A stretch of 64,000 nucleotides of DNA from an uncultured delta proteobacterium (GCA_963822965.1 CAWGJT010000010.1:160001-224000); one strand, 5' to 3'; positions 18,305 to 28,259 are shown, counted from the first letter of the stretch. A program made the numbers and translations. The notes: generated by a model from the sequence alone, not told the origin.

Positions 18305-19975
18305 CTACTCGAGGCCGACGATGCGGCCGTCGACGACGTCGATCCGCTGGGCGAGGGGGGCCGTCGGCAGCCCGGGCATGCGCACGATGTCGCCGGTGAG
18401 CACCACCAGGAACCCCGCGCCCGCGTTGATCTGGAGCTCGCGCACGGTGATGTCGAAATCGCGCGGGCGACCGCGCCGCTTCGGATCGTCGCTGAGGGAG
18501 CCCGGCACCTTCGCGAGACAGACCGGCAGGTTCGCGTAGCCCAGGCGCTCGATCTCCCGCAGGTCGCGCCGCGCGTTCTTCGTGAAGACGACGTTGCTCG
18601 CGCCGTACATCTTGCGGGCGACGGCCTCGATCTTGGCCGGCACCGGGTCCTCGGGTGCATAGAGCGGGCGGAACGGCTCGCGGCGAGACTCCGCGTGGGC
18701 CACCAGGGTGCGCGCGAGATCCTCTGCGCCGGCGCCGCCCCGGCTGTGGTGGTCGCTCACCGCGCACGGCGTCTGCAGCGCCTCGCAGGCGCGCTGTACC
18801 ACCGCGATCTCGTCGTCGTGGTCGTTCGTGAAGCGGTTGATGGCGACCACCGGTCGCTCGCCGAAGGTGCGGATGTTCTCGACGTGCTTCTCGAGGTTCG
18901 GCAGGCCGCGCGAGACGGCCTCGGCGTCGGGCTTCGCGAGGTCGTGGAGGGCGACTCCGCCGTGCAGCTTCAGGGCCCGGACGGTGGCCACGAGTACGAC
19001 GGCCGCCGGGTCGAGTCCCGCGCTCGTGCACTTGATGTCGAAGAACTTCTCCGCGCCGAGGTCGAATCCGAAGCCCGCCTCGGTCACGGTCCAGTCGGCG
19101 TGGTGCATCGCCATGCGGGTCGCGAGGACGGAGCTGCAGCCGTGGGCGATGTTCGCGAACGGACCGCCGTGGACGAGGGCCGGCGTGCCCTCGAGGGTCT
19201 GCACCAGATTCGGCTCGAGGGCGTCCTGCAGCAGGGCGAGCATGGCGCCGGTGGCGCCGAGCTGGTCGGCGCGCACCGGGTTGCCCCGGCGGTCGAAGGC
19301 AACCAGGGTGCGGGCGAGGCGCGCCCGCAGGTCGTCCGGGCCCTCGGCCAGGCACAGCATCGCCATCACCTCCGACGCCGCGGTGATGTCGAAGCCGGTC
19401 TCGCGGGGTACGCCCTGGGTCGGGCCGCCGAGCCCCACGATCACCCGGCGCAACGCCCGGTCGTTCATGTCCAGCACGCGCCGCCACAGCACCCGCTGCG
19501 GGTCGAGGTCGAGCGCGTTGCCGTGGTAGAGGTGATTGTCGAGGAGCGCGGCGAGCAAGTTGTGGGCGGAGGTGATGGCGTGGAAGTCGCCCGTGAAGTG
19601 CAGGTTCAGCCGCTCCATGGGCAGGAGCTGCGAGCGACCGCCACCCGTGGCGCCGCCCTTCAGTCCGAAGACCGGCCCCATCGAGGGCTCGCGCAGCGCC
19701 AGGCACGCCGAGACGCCGATGCGCGCGAGTCCCTGGGCGAGGCCGATGCTCGTGGTGGTCTTGCCCTCGCCGGCTGGCGTGGGTGTGATGGCGGACACCA
19801 GCACGAGACGGCTCGGCCCTGGCCGGCGTCGCGGCCTTGCGAGCAGCGAGAGCGGCAGCTTGGCGACGTCCGATCCGAACAGACGCAGCGATTCGGCGTC
19901 CAGCCCCAGGTCGGCGGCCACGTCGTGGATGGGACGGGGCCGGGCGGCCTGGGCGATCTCCACGTCGGTGGGCAT
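18305..19975 (-). CDS. fhs: Formate--tetrahydrofolate ligase
   Basis: TPTPAGEGKTTT, REPSMGP, KGGATGGG, VHGGPFANIAHG and TEAGFGFDLGAEKF motifs. Confidence 0.97.
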   Translation of the reverse strand: MPTDVEIAQAARPRPIHDVAADLGLDAESLRLFGSDVAKLPLSLLARPRRRPGPSRLVLVSAITPTPAGEGKTTTSIGLAQGLARIGVSACLALREPSMGPVFGLKGGATGGGRSQLLPMERLNLHFTGDFHAITSAHNLLAALLDNHLYHGNALDLDPQRVLWRRVLDMNDRALRRVIVGLGGPTQGVPRETGFDITAASEVMAMLCLAEGPDDLRARLARTLVAFDRRGNPVRADQLGATGAMLALLQDALEPNLVQTLEGTPALVHGGPFANIAHGCSSVLATRMAMHHADWTVTEAGFGFDLGAEKFFDIKCTSAGLDPAAVVLVATVRALKLHGGVALHDLAKPDAEAVSRGLPNLEKHVENIRTFGERPVVAINRFTNDHDDEIAVVQRACEALQTPCAVSDHHSRGGAGAEDLARTLVAHAESRREPFRPLYAPEDPVPAKIEAVARKMYGASNVVFTKNARRDLREIERLGYANLPVCLAKVPGSLSDDPKRRGRPRDFDITVRELQINAGAGFLVVLTGDIVRMPGLPTAPLAQRIDVVDGRIVGLE

Positions 19976-20180
19976 CGACGCATCCTACTTCGCACCAGCG
20001 GCCTTTGCGATGAGGGGGTCGAGAGGCGACGAGGGCGTGGGGATCCGGCAGCGCCGGCGTTCAAGTGTCCCCGGCGGCGTGCCGATGCAGCCCGGTGGCC
20101 CGCCGCCTCGTCGTGGCTGCGCGAAGCGTTGCGCAGCCGGGATGCAGCTTGGACGCGGCGGGGAGCGGCCTGCAACCGGA

Positions 20181-20963
20181 GTGGACGAAAACGTGTCGGC
20201 AGCGCCCAGAGATGCGTCGGAACTGCAGCAGGGCATCATCCTGCGGCTCGATCACGGCCTCGCGCGCACGCTGGATCACGAGGCGCAGCTCAAGCAGTGC
20301 GTGGACCACCTCGAGAACCCCGAGGTGCTCGGCCACGAGCTGCGGCAGTCCTGGCTCGCGCTCGAGCGGGGCTTCCAGGCCGGCGGCGCGGCCGTCCGGA
20401 CCGAAGGCTCAGCGGCCGCCGGCTCTCGCGAGGACACCGACGTCCTGGAGCTGGAGCACTTCTACCCGGGCCGAGAGGTCGAGGTGGCGGCTCCGGACGT
20501 GCACTTCTTCGAGTGTCTCGCGAGCAATCTCCAGCCCGTGGCGCGGACGGTGGCGGAGCCGGACTTCGACGGTCTCGACTACGTGGGCGTCGTCCAGGTG
20601 AACACGGCTCACGGCGTTCTCGGCACGATCGAATCGAAGCAGGACGACAGCCCGTATCTGCTCCTGCTGCGCGCTCTCTGCGGCTTCGTGGAGCTGGCCG
20701 CGGCGCTCCGGTGCGGCCGACTGGCCGACGCGGACCTGGCCGGCGCCCTCGGCGACGAGACGCGCTTCGACCTGCACCTCGTCCTGGCGGCGCCCGTGGA
20801 TCGAAATGCTCCTCTGCACCAGCTCACGCGCGATCTGGCCGAGAGCGTCAAGCGCGCCGCGCTCGAGATGAAGACCCCTTCGCTGCCCCTCGGCGACATC
20901 CTGTGCCTGAGCATGGACCTGGCCGAGTTCTCGGGCCGCCTCGAACACGAGTGGAGCGTGTGA
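20181..20963 (+). CDS. Hypothetical protein, possible PD-(D/E)XK-like fold
   Basis: Coding-like codon usage; GLDYVGV...GTIESK pattern; stop overlaps the next start (GTGA); start uncertain. Confidence 0.6.
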   Translation: MDENVSAAPRDASELQQGIILRLDHGLARTLDHEAQLKQCVDHLENPEVLGHELRQSWLALERGFQAGGAAVRTEGSAAAGSREDTDVLELEHFYPGREVEVAAPDVHFFECLASNLQPVARTVAEPDFDGLDYVGVVQVNTAHGVLGTIESKQDDSPYLLLLRALCGFVELAAALRCGRLADADLAGALGDETRFDLHLVLAAPVDRNAPLHQLTRDLAESVKRAALEMKTPSLPLGDILCLSMDLAEFSGRLEHEWSV

Positions 20964-22887
20964 GCCGGACCGTCCTCTGCATCGACGGCGACCGCGCCCT
21001 GGCGGACGTCCTCGAGGCTGGTGCGCCGGCGGACGAGCTCCGCGTGCTGCATGCCAGAGATCCGGAGGAGGCCCTCCGGCGGGTCGCCGCGGATCGCCCC
21101 GATCTCGTGCTGCTCGAGCTCGCCCTCACAGGCGCCGACGGTCTCGACCTCGTCGAGCGGATCCGGGGGCAGGACGAGGGCTCGGCGATGCTTCCGGTGG
21201 TGGTCGTCTCGAAGCAGGAGCGAACCCCGGAGCTCTTCGCTCGGGCGGTGCAGCTCGGCGTGGAGGAGATCCTCACCGAGCCGATCTCCCGGGCGCAGCT
21301 CGTCGAGTGCGTGCGCGAGAGCCTCGACCGCCGGAAGGCCGTCCTGCCCGCCGACCTCACCGTCGAGGGCCCCTCGGAGGAAGGGCTCAGCGCGGGCAAG
21401 CTGGACGACCTGCCGCTTCCCGAGGTGCTGCAGCGCCTGCACCAGCAGGGGCGCAGCGGCGTCCTGATCGTCGGCGACGCCCAGGAGCGGACGGGCATCC
21501 AGATCCGCAACGGCTCGCCGGTGGCCGTCGGGCTGAACGGGAGCGAGACGATCGAGGACTACCTGGTCCGGACCGAACGCATCACCGCGGTCGACCGCGA
21601 CCGGGCCCAGAACGAGCTCTCCCTGGGGCTCTCGGCCGCCGAGGACGTCCTGCTCGGCATGGGCGTGATCGACGAGGCGGGCTTCGAGGAGGCCGTCCGG
21701 GAGCGGGCCGAGGAGGCGCTCTTCGGGCTCTTCGAGCGCGAGCGGGGGCGCTACCGGTTCGAGCGAGGGCGGCGCCTCAAGAGCGAGAAGTCCGTGGACA
21801 TCCATCGCTCCGCCCGCAGCATCATCGTGCGCGGCGTGCTCGCCCGTTCTTCGATGGCGACGGTGCGGGCGGCTCTCGAACGCTACGCGGACCTGTACGC
21901 CGTGGGAAGTCCGAGACGGCTCGCGGCCGACGACGTGCCGTGCTCACCCGCCCAGCGGGAGTTCATTGCGAGCCTGGGGGGCGATCGCGCGGTGGGCGAG
22001 TTCCTCGACGCCAGCGAGTTCGAGCAGCGGACCCTCTATGCGTTCGCGATCGTCGGTGCGATCGACCTGTGCATGCTGCTCCTCGAGGACGTGCTCGAAG
22101 AGGCACCTGCCGCGGTCGATACGACCGGGACGAACGAGACGGCCGAGACCGCCGAGACGAGCGCGAGACCGCCGAGACGAACGAGACCGCCGAGCCGACC
22201 GGGGGCGCCGGCGGCGCGGGCGAGGCGCGGCCGCCCGCGGACGACGCGTCGCCGGCGCAGCGGGCGCCCGGCGAAGGGCGCGCCGAGTACGAGCGGCGGC
22301 TGGCGGTGCTTCCCTTCGCGAGCCTGCGGCAGGACGCCAGCGAGCTCGAGGCCCTGACGCGCCGGGTGAAGACGCGCCTGGCCCGCACGCTCGGCAACCG
22401 TCTCATCGACGACCCGGACGACACCCAGACCCTCCCCGGCGTCGACGCCGACCTCGGCGACTCCGCCTCGCGCGCCCTCGACGCGGAGACCTGGTTCCGA
22501 AAGGGCCAGGACTTCCTGAAGAGCCGCAAGTACTCCGAAGCCGTCGAGGCCTTCGGCATGTCGGCTCATCTCGACCCGCGGGAGGGCGAGTACGTGGCGC
22601 ACCTGGGCTACGCGCTCTATCTGTCGAAGCCCGACGACGAGCTGGTGCGCAAGGAGGCGCTCGAGGACATCGCGCGGGGCGTCAAGCTCTCGCCCGACCG
22701 CGAAACGTCGTACGTCTTCATGGGGCGCATCTTCAAGGTGATGGGCGACATCGAGGTGGCGCGCAAGATGTTCTCCCGGGCCCTCGTGATCCGGCCCCAC
22801 TGCCGCGAGGCGTCCCAGGAGCTTCGGCTCATCGAGATGCGCGAGAGGAAGACCGGCGGCTTCCTCTCGCGCCTGCGCTCGCGCTGA
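20960..22887 (+). CDS. Atypical receiver - DUF4388-like - TPR protein, frameshifted at about 22163
   Basis: N-terminal REC; GKLDDLPLPEVLQRL...SGVL DUF4388-like domain; C-terminal TPRs in another frame; an extra GC in a 9-bp repeat tract joins the frames. Confidence 0.75.
22136..22191 (+). repeat. 9-bp coding tandem repeat (ETA/ETN) containing the frameshift
   Basis: gagacggcc gagaccgcc gagacgagc [gc] gagaccgcc gagacgaac gagaccgcc. Confidence 0.8.
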
Positions 22888-22980
22888 CCGCCGTCGGCGC
22901 TCCGCGGAGGACCGAGAGGGAATCCGCGCGAGCTGCTCGCCGCGGCGGGTGAGGCCCCGGGGCGGATGCAGCGCCCGCCT

Positions 22981-23115
22981 GGGTCGTCCAGCATGCACCC
23001 CGGAGACGGGGCAGCTTCTCTCCAGAAACCGTAATTCGCTTGAGGGGATAGCTCCGCATCCCTCAGGCGAAGCCTCACTGCAGCCGAGAGGTCTCGCCCG
23101 GGGCCCCGGTGACCC
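22981..23115. ncRNA. Candidate structured RNA (long hairpin with central bubble)
   Basis: ttcgcttgagggga pairs with tccctcaggcgaa; outer pairings cttctc/gagagg, ccccgg/ccgggg and gggtc/gaccc, within a 350-bp intergenic gap. Confidence 0.3.
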
Positions 23116-23238
23116 GGCCGCCGGAGGCGAGCGCCGGAGGCCACGTTCGTGGTACATGGAGAAACCCCGGGCGAGCGTGGCCCGCGTGAGCCGGCGGAAG
23201 ACGCGGGAAGTGGCGACGACAGGAGGAGTGAGCGCGAG

Positions 23239-23547
23239 ATGGCAGGTTGGCAGGATGCGCTGATCACGCTCCACAGCCGGGGCTGGGACGCGGACGACAT
23301 CGACGCTGCGGCCGAAGCGGTGTGCGAGGCGTGCGCAGAAGGCATGTTCGAAGGGATGGAGATCCTCGACCTGCAGCACGAGGACGTGGAGGCCATCCTG
23401 GACGACGAGTATCCGGAGGAGGAGATCGCGGCCCTGCTGGAGCTGGCCGACCAGCGTGCGCGCGACGACTCCGAATCCGTGGCGCTCTCGCGCGCGCTCT
23501 ACGATCTCGACGCCTTCGCCTACGAGTACGCGCAGGAGGAGGGCTGA
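23239..23547 (+). CDS. Small highly acidic hypothetical protein
   Basis: AGGAGGAG upstream; 102 aa with about 30 D/E, no Lys, and a CEAC motif. Confidence 0.75.
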   Translation: MAGWQDALITLHSRGWDADDIDAAAEAVCEACAEGMFEGMEILDLQHEDVEAILDDEYPEEEIAALLELADQRARDDSESVALSRALYDLDAFAYEYAQEEG

Positions 23548-23561
23548 GCCCTCTTCGCGCG

Positions 23562-24965
23562 ATGCTCGACGCCTCGGCGCAGGCGGAGCTCGTCGCACGC
23601 GGCGAGGTGTCGCCGTGGGAGCTCGTCGACGAGGCCTGCGCGCGCATCGAACGTCTCGACGGCGGCCTCGGCGCGGTTCCCGTGCGGCTGTTCGACGCCG
23701 CCCGGGAGGCGGCCCGCCGGGTGCCTCGGACCGCCCCCTTCGCCGGCGTTCCATTCCTGATGAAGGACGTGGGGGCCCGGCAGGCCGGACAGCCCTACTA
23801 CGCGGGCAACCGCGCGCTGCAGGCCATCGACCATCGCGCCGAGGAGGACACGATTCTCGGTGCGCGCTTCCGGGAGCTGGGCCTGGTGACGGTGGGCAAC
23901 TCGAGCTCGCCGGAGTTCGGACTGCAATCGAACACCTGGCCCCTGGCCTACGGCCCCACCCGCAACCCCTGGAATCCGGATCGAGCGGCGGGCGGCTCGT
24001 CGGGCGGTGCCTGCGCGGCGGTGGCCGCGGGCCTGGTGTCCGTGGCCCACGCGAGCGACGGCGCGGGGTCGATCCGCATTCCCGCGGCCTGGTGCGGGCT
24101 CGTCGGCCTCAAGCCGTCGCGCGATCGCGTCGACTGGCGTCACGCCGGCAAGGGCCGGGCAGACGTGGAGTTCGTGGTGGCGCGCTCGCTGCGGGACACG
24201 GCGCGCTTCCTCGACCTGCTGCGCCCGCCGGACGCGCGCCGCGCCGCGCCGGATCGCTTCGCGCGCCGGCTCGACGGTCGCTGTCCGCCGCTGCGGGTCG
24301 GCGTGTGCGTGCGCTCGCCCGCCGGCTCGGAGGTCGATCCGGCGGTGCGGGCGGCGACCCGTGCCGCCGCGGACCGCCTCGCCGGGCTCGGGCATCGGGT
24401 CGAGGACGCCGCGCCGGACGCGCTCTTCGAGTATCCGGACCGGGCGCTTCACGGCGCCGTGCTCGGTCCCCTCGGATATCGCGAGTGTCTCGTGGATCTC
24501 GAGGAGCGACTCGGACGCCCGGTCGCGTCCGGAGACGTGGAGCCCTTCCTGTGGGAGCTCGCCACCCACGGTGACGAGGGCGCGACCCCCGACGAGGTGC
24601 GACGCTCGGAGGAGTGGCTGGTGCGCTGGACGACCCGGGTGCTCGCCTGGTTCGACGACTTCGACCTGCTCGTGACCCCGACGGTCCACGAGCTGGCGCC
24701 GCCGCTCGCGTCCCTCGACCCCCACGCCCTGGCGCCGCTCGCGCTGCTCGACCGCATGGTGCCGCACATGGCCTTCACCGAGCCCTGGAACGCCACCGGA
24801 CAGCCTGCCATCTCGCTTCCGCTGAGCTTCTCGCCGGAGGGGCTGCCGGCCGGGGTGCAGCTCGTGGCCGGCTCCGGGCGCGAGGACGTGCTGATCGCGG
24901 TGGCGGCCCGGCTGCTCCACGACGTCGACGAGCGGTCGGCGCGACGGCCCCGCATCCACGCCTGA
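23562..24965 (+). CDS. Amidase-signature family amidase
   Basis: GVPFLMKD, TRNPW, GGSSGG and SDGAGSIRIPAAWCG motifs. Confidence 0.93.
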   Translation: MLDASAQAELVARGEVSPWELVDEACARIERLDGGLGAVPVRLFDAAREAARRVPRTAPFAGVPFLMKDVGARQAGQPYYAGNRALQAIDHRAEEDTILGARFRELGLVTVGNSSSPEFGLQSNTWPLAYGPTRNPWNPDRAAGGSSGGACAAVAAGLVSVAHASDGAGSIRIPAAWCGLVGLKPSRDRVDWRHAGKGRADVEFVVARSLRDTARFLDLLRPPDARRAAPDRFARRLDGRCPPLRVGVCVRSPAGSEVDPAVRAATRAAADRLAGLGHRVEDAAPDALFEYPDRALHGAVLGPLGYRECLVDLEERLGRPVASGDVEPFLWELATHGDEGATPDEVRRSEEWLVRWTTRVLAWFDDFDLLVTPTVHELAPPLASLDPHALAPLALLDRMVPHMAFTEPWNATGQPAISLPLSFSPEGLPAGVQLVAGSGREDVLIAVAARLLHDVDERSARRPRIHA

Positions 24966-25023
24966 AGCCGGGAACGACGGTCGGCGCGGCCGAGAGCGGC
25001 CGCGCCCGCCCGGCACCACCGCT

Positions 25024-26172
25024 TCAGGCGGCCGCGAAGCGTCGGCGCACGGCGGCCTCTCCCGCCGCGGTCCGCAGTACCCGGTTCCAGTGGGAGAGCC
25101 GATCGGCGGGCGGGTCTCCCGGTGCCGGTGCCGCTTCGGGGAACCAGCGTGCCAGCTCCCCGTAGTAGGCGTCGTCGTGCTCCGCGTACCAGCTCTGCAG
25201 AACGTCGGCCCCGACGGCGTGCTCGCCCGCCTCGGAGAAGGCCCAGAAGGAGTTTTGCGTCTCGGGGCGCAGGTCTGCGGTGAGTCGCGTCCAGAGTCCG
25301 CTCTTCGACTGCAAGGAGTCCGTCGCGCACTCGCCGTCGCCCACGTCGCGGAACACGAGCCGCCCGGTGGGGCAGGCGTTCCGCCCCAGCTGGATCAGCA
25401 CGTTCTGTGGGTTCGGCGTCTCGTACCAGAGACCGTAGCGTGCGAAGAGCTCGGCCTTGCAGCGCCCCACCGGCGCGGCGAAGTGGCGTGCCCAGAATCG
25501 GTCGAAGGGTTCACCCTGGCGCCGGGCGATCTGGCGCCCGACGAAGGGAAGGGAGAGGGCGGGCAGGTAGTAGTGGCCGTCCTGGAAGAGCCGCAGGTCG
25601 CGCACCATGAAGCCCGTCTCGCCTCCGAGCTGCATCACGACGAGGATCTCCAGGACGAGCCGATAGGCGGCCGACTCGCCCAGCTGCGCATCGACGCGCG
25701 AGATCAGATCGACCCACTCGACGGCGCCCACGGCCTCCTCGCGCAGCTTCGTCTTCTCGGGCTGCAGGAAATCGGGATGGGGATGGTCGGTGGCGAGCTT
25801 CAGCGAGAAGAGGGAGGCGCCGCTCTCGGGGCCGGGCAGGGCGAGGGTGCGCGACGACGTGAAGCGCGCGGTCCACCGCTCGCGCACCGGGGCGTCGAAC
25901 CACGCCACGCTCGGGTCCCGGTTGAGGGGGTGTCGTGGAAACAGCACCTGGTCGCCGCGCAGGAAGCGCTTCACGATGGCTTCCGGAGCGTGGGGCAGCA
26001 CGTGCATTTCCACCGCGTCGCGCGGGACCGAAACCACCTCCACCTCGACGGGGGACGTGCTCGTCCGGAACCCCAGCAGGTTCGCCTGCTGCTCCCAGTC
26101 GAGCCACTGGGAGACCGGGTCGTCCAGCAGGACCAGGGGCTCGTCCACGTCGAAGGTGCGGATCGGATCCAC
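25024..26172 (-). CDS. IucA/IucC (NIS synthetase)-like ATP-dependent ligase, short stand-alone form
   Basis: FPRHPLN, FTSSRT, SLKL, ETPNPQNVL and VFRD motifs, in the same order as NIS motifs PxHPW, TSSxRT, KLS, ExHxQN and RD. Confidence 0.55.
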   Translation of the reverse strand: MDPIRTFDVDEPLVLLDDPVSQWLDWEQQANLLGFRTSTSPVEVEVVSVPRDAVEMHVLPHAPEAIVKRFLRGDQVLFPRHPLNRDPSVAWFDAPVRERWTARFTSSRTLALPGPESGASLFSLKLATDHPHPDFLQPEKTKLREEAVGAVEWVDLISRVDAQLGESAAYRLVLEILVVMQLGGETGFMVRDLRLFQDGHYYLPALSLPFVGRQIARRQGEPFDRFWARHFAAPVGRCKAELFARYGLWYETPNPQNVLIQLGRNACPTGRLVFRDVGDGECATDSLQSKSGLWTRLTADLRPETQNSFWAFSEAGEHAVGADVLQSWYAEHDDAYYGELARWFPEAAPAPGDPPADRLSHWNRVLRTAAGEAAVRRRFAAA

Positions 26173-26201
26173 GCGTCGCGTCTTCGCTTCTCCGCCGCGG
26201 C

Positions 26202-26483
26202 TCAACCGCGGCTGCGAGCTTCTTCGATCGCCTGGATCAGGACCAGGGCGCGCGCCTCGAGGGCCCGCATGCGTCGCCGCAGGTGCAGTGCGACCTCCAC
26301 GCCCGCCGCGTTGACGCCCAGCTCCTCCATCAACGTGGCAGCCACGCGCAGCTCCTCGGCCTGGCCCGCCTCGAGCTCCTCCTCCTCGAAGAGCCCTTCC
26401 TCGCGCAGGTGCTCGAGCAGGGAGCTGCCGCGGATTCCCAGCACCACGAGCACCTCCTCGGTACGGATCCGGCGGGCCGTCAT
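26202..26483 (-). CDS. cbpM: Chaperone modulator CbpM / MerR-like protein
   Basis: Follows a cbpA-like gene with ATGA overlap; ELGVNAAGVEVAL motif. Confidence 0.75.
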   Translation of the reverse strand: MTARRIRTEEVLVVLGIRGSSLLEHLREEGLFEEEELEAGQAEELRVAATLMEELGVNAAGVEVALHLRRRMRALEARALVLIQAIEEARSRG

Positions 26484-27457
26484 CGGAGATCCCCGCGCAG
26501 GTCCGGGTCTTCGAAGGGAGCGAGCCGCTCGAGGGCCTCGCGCGCCGCGTCGTCGATCTTCTTCGGCACCCGGATCTGGATGCAGGCGAAGAGATCACCC
26601 GGCGGGCCGCCGGCGGGATCTGGGATGCCCTTGCCGCGCAGGCGCAGGCGCGTGCCGCTGCTGGTGCCGGGGGGCACCGTGAGGGTGACGCGACCCTCGA
26701 GCGTGGGCACTTCCACCTTGGCGCCCAGCATCGCCTCCCGGACGTGCACCGGCACGTCGAGGGACAGGTCTCGCCCCTCGCGCCGGAAGATCGGGTGGGG
26801 TCGCACGCGCAGCTGCACCCACAGGTCGCCTGGCGGGCCGCCGCCGACGCCCGGGGCGCCCTTGCCGGGGACGCGCAGGCGACCGCCCTCGTCCACGCCC
26901 GGCGGAATGCGAACCGTCACGGTCTCCGGGGCCTGTCCGCCGCCCGCGGTCGGTCGTCCCAGGGTGAGGCGCTTCTCGCCACCCCGGGCCGCGTCCACGA
27001 AGTCGAGCTCGAGCTCGGCGTGCAGGTCGGCACCCCCGAATCGCATGCCGGCCGTCCCGCGCGCGCCGCCCGGACCGGTCGTGCGCCCCGAGAAGAACTG
27101 CCCGAGCAGGTCGTCGATGTCGCCGAAGTGGAACTCCTCGCCCTCGGTGGCCTCGGGCCGGGCCCCGCCTCCGAAGCGGGTGCGGAAGGCGTCCCGTCGC
27201 TTGCGGGCCTCCTCGGCGTCGAAGCCGACCTCGAGGGCGATCTCGCCGAACTCGTCGTAGTTGCGACGCCGTTCCGGGTCGCTCAGGATGTCATAGGCGA
27301 CGGAGATCTCCTTGAAGCGCTCCTCGGCGTCGCTGTCCCCGGGATTGACGTCGGGATGGTACTGGCGCGCGAGCTTCCGGTAGCTCTTGCGGAGGGTGTC
27401 CAGGTCGGCGTCGCGCGCGACGCCGAGCAGCTCGTAGGGATCCTTGCGTTCGCTCAT
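26480..27457 (-). CDS. cbpA: DnaJ-class (CbpA-like) chaperone without zinc finger
   Basis: J domain with HPD (YHPDVN); G/F region; DnaJ_C (VRIPPGV, GDLW, VPTLEG). Confidence 0.88.
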   Translation of the reverse strand: MSERKDPYELLGVARDADLDTLRKSYRKLARQYHPDVNPGDSDAEERFKEISVAYDILSDPERRRNYDEFGEIALEVGFDAEEARKRRDAFRTRFGGGARPEATEGEEFHFGDIDDLLGQFFSGRTTGPGGARGTAGMRFGGADLHAELELDFVDAARGGEKRLTLGRPTAGGGQAPETVTVRIPPGVDEGGRLRVPGKGAPGVGGGPPGDLWVQLRVRPHPIFRREGRDLSLDVPVHVREAMLGAKVEVPTLEGRVTLTVPPGTSSGTRLRLRGKGIPDPAGGPPGDLFACIQIRVPKKIDDAAREALERLAPFEDPDLRGDLR

Positions 27458-27461
27458 GACT

Positions 27462-27498
27462 CTCGTTCGCCGATGGCTCGTTCGCGGATGGCTCGTTC
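27462..27498. repeat. 15-bp tandem repeat, about 2.5 copies, immediately upstream of the cbpA start
   Basis: ctcgttcgccgatgg ctcgttcgcggatgg ctcgttc. Confidence 0.8.
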
Positions 27499-27500
27499 CT

Positions 27501-28259
27501 TCACGACGTGGAGGTCTGCTGCCCGGTGGTCGCATCCCCGGGCCCGTCGGGTCGGGCCAGCGAGCGAACCTTCTCGATGAGCTCGGACTGGGAGGAAACG
27601 TCCAGCTTGCGGTAGATGGCCTTCAGGTGATTGCGGACCGTACTCTGACTGATGAAGAGCGCGTTCGCGATGGCCGGGACCCGGGATCCCTGCATCAGGT
27701 GCTCGAGGACCTCGCGCTCGCGGGCCGTGAGCTGGCGCAGCACCGGATGGTCGGCGGTCGCGCCCGGGGTGGCTCCGACCGCGGCCGAGAAGGCCATGGC
27801 CTGGAGCCGCATGGCGACCCCGGCGAGCTCGCCGGCCAGGCTCCCGGGCGACGCTCCCACCGGTCGCGCCGTCTGCACCTCGCCGAGATCGAAGATCAGC
27901 GCCAGCACCACGGGTGAGTGATCGTCGACGCGCTGCATGCGGTGCGGCGCGACGGCGACCGGAAAGGTCCTTCCGTCCCGGCGCCGGAAGGCGCTCAGTC
28001 GGGTGCGATCGTCTCCCGCCAGGGCGCGTCGTCGCTCCTCGGACAGCGCGTCCCGGAGCTCCTCGGGGATCAGGACCTCCACCGGCGTGCCCTCGAGCTC
28101 GGCCGCAGAGTAGCCCGACCACTCCAGGATCCGCCGGTTCGCATACACGATGTGGCCGTCCTCGTCCTCGACCAGCAGGCCGCAGTTCATCCACTCGATG
28201 GCCTGCAGCATGCCTTCGTAGGTGGGAAGCTTCGACCATTCCCAGACGAATTCGCCCAT
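27501..28259 (-). CDS. PAS + LuxR-type HTH transcriptional regulator
   Basis: PAS (IVYANRR..GYSAAELEG, RRRDGRTFPV); LTAREREVL...IANALFISQSTVRNHLKAIYRKL. Confidence 0.92.
   Translation of the reverse strand: MGEFVWEWSKLPTYEGMLQAIEWMNCGLLVEDEDGHIVYANRRILEWSGYSAAELEGTPVEVLIPEELRDALSEERRRALAGDDRTRLSAFRRRDGRTFPVAVAPHRMQRVDDHSPVVLALIFDLGEVQTARPVGASPGSLAGELAGVAMRLQAMAFSAAVGATPGATADHPVLRQLTAREREVLEHLMQGSRVPAIANALFISQSTVRNHLKAIYRKLDVSSQSELIEKVRSLARPDGPGDATTGQQTSTS

Noticed and set aside
18695..20959. N-terminal 755 codons of the 1220-aa ORF
   Set aside because: Antisense shadow of fhs plus an off-frame overlap; the real gene starts at GTG 20960
25024..26172. Siderophore biosynthetic cluster
   Set aside because: No monooxygenase, acyltransferase, decarboxylase or TonB-dependent receptor nearby
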